Below, piece after piece: positions 63,273-64,000 of a stretch of DNA of 64,000 nt (position 1 is its first letter; every line of letters starts with the position of its first letter). Location: the NCBI RefSeq assembly GCF_963921235.1, contig NC_086097.1, positions 3,224,001 through 3,288,000 on the forward strand, written 5' to 3'. The DNA is from Mobula hypostoma (Eukaryota). The notes under the pieces are model-generated. The model had not been told where the DNA came from. It saw nothing but the letters and a program-made list of their open reading frames with translations, and did not search any database. The translations under genes were made by a program, and so were the position numbers.

Positions 63273-64000
63273 GCCCTCTGAAAGCAGTTTATATATTCCT
63301 CCCATGAGTGAGTGAGTTTCCTCCCACAGTCCAAAGACGTACTGGTCAGTAGGGTAATTGGTCACTGTGAATTGTCCCATGATTAGGCGAGGGTGGAATA
63401 GATGGGTTGCTGGATAGCACAGCTCATTGGGCCTGAAGGGCCTGTTCCACACTCCCTCTAAGTAAATAAAACGTGTGAATAAATGCATGGAACATGAAAC
63501 AGAGCTGATGAGTTGTAAGAGTTCAGGTGAAAGGAATGCTCAAACTGGAATGTTAATTTGCTCGCTGACCTGCTGACCATTCCGAGCGGGTTTCAGTTTT
63601 TAGTTCAGGCTTTCTACGCATGTGAAATGTTTCTGCTGTCTGATGGCCGGTTCTGTCTGAGTATGCCTCTACGTGGGATCAGATGAAACAGTGTATTAGA
63701 GTGGTCAAGCCTTCATGGTCTACATCTCAGCAGCCTGGTTTTACTCCTGCAGAATGTTGGAGCTTTGTTCAGCATTAGAGATATTGTTTCTGATCCGTGG
63801 TTTGTCCGTACATTAATTTTTGTTCTGAAATATGTTTGATTCCTAACTGGTATCTGACTTCGTAGCCTGTGTGAAATGGTGGTACCTGTTAGTAATGAGT
63901 AATGGAGAGAGGGCAAATAACACTGGATGTGTATTTACAAGCCCACTCTACACTGAGTGAAGGCAGTATTGAAGAGCGGAGGCAGTATTGAAGAGTGAAG

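Noticed and set aside
38100..64000. Exons of a downstream neighbour gene such as PRIMA1 (adjacent to UNC79 in mammals)
   Set aside because: No recognisable peptide found by eye; short ORFs at 55785-55991 and 63713-63916 resemble nothing I know. TBLASTN would be needed to exclude small exons
63953..64000. Short tandem repeat gaggcagtattgaagag at the window end
   Set aside because: Cut by the window edge; only two units visible, so it cannot be classified

Overview
Eukaryotic, repeat-dense vertebrate DNA; the repeat families suggest an elasmobranch such as a ray, which is inference. The only host gene I can support is the 3' end of UNC79 (NALCN channel complex subunit) on the + strand. It has six GT-AG exons (6407-6582, 6824-7007, 11598-11795, 26792-26869, 37737-37778, 37897-38097) that splice in frame to the C-terminus ...SSEAASQFYPL*. 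Almost everything else is nested, decayed transposable elements: CR1 and Rex1/Babar LINEs, one full-length RTE LINE with target-site duplication (TSD), Neptune-type Penelope-like elements (PLEs), solo LTRs, Tigger, Tc1 and hAT DNA elements, and SINE fragments. Most interesting signals: (1) minimal type-I hammerhead ribozymes in the PLE termini, all on the minus strand, two of which bracket an RT/GIY-YIG reading frame; (2) a PLE-derived foldback centred inside the hammerhead core; (3) a multi-helix structured RTE 5' end; (4) inverted CR1 tails flanking a 78-nt in-frame UNC79 exon; (5) composite Tc1-type elements with four TIRs; (6) a 4.3-kb nested Tigger/CR1/LTR stack just after the UNC79 stop. 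Repeat boundaries without TSD or TIR evidence are approximate, and family names come from recognised motifs, not database searches.
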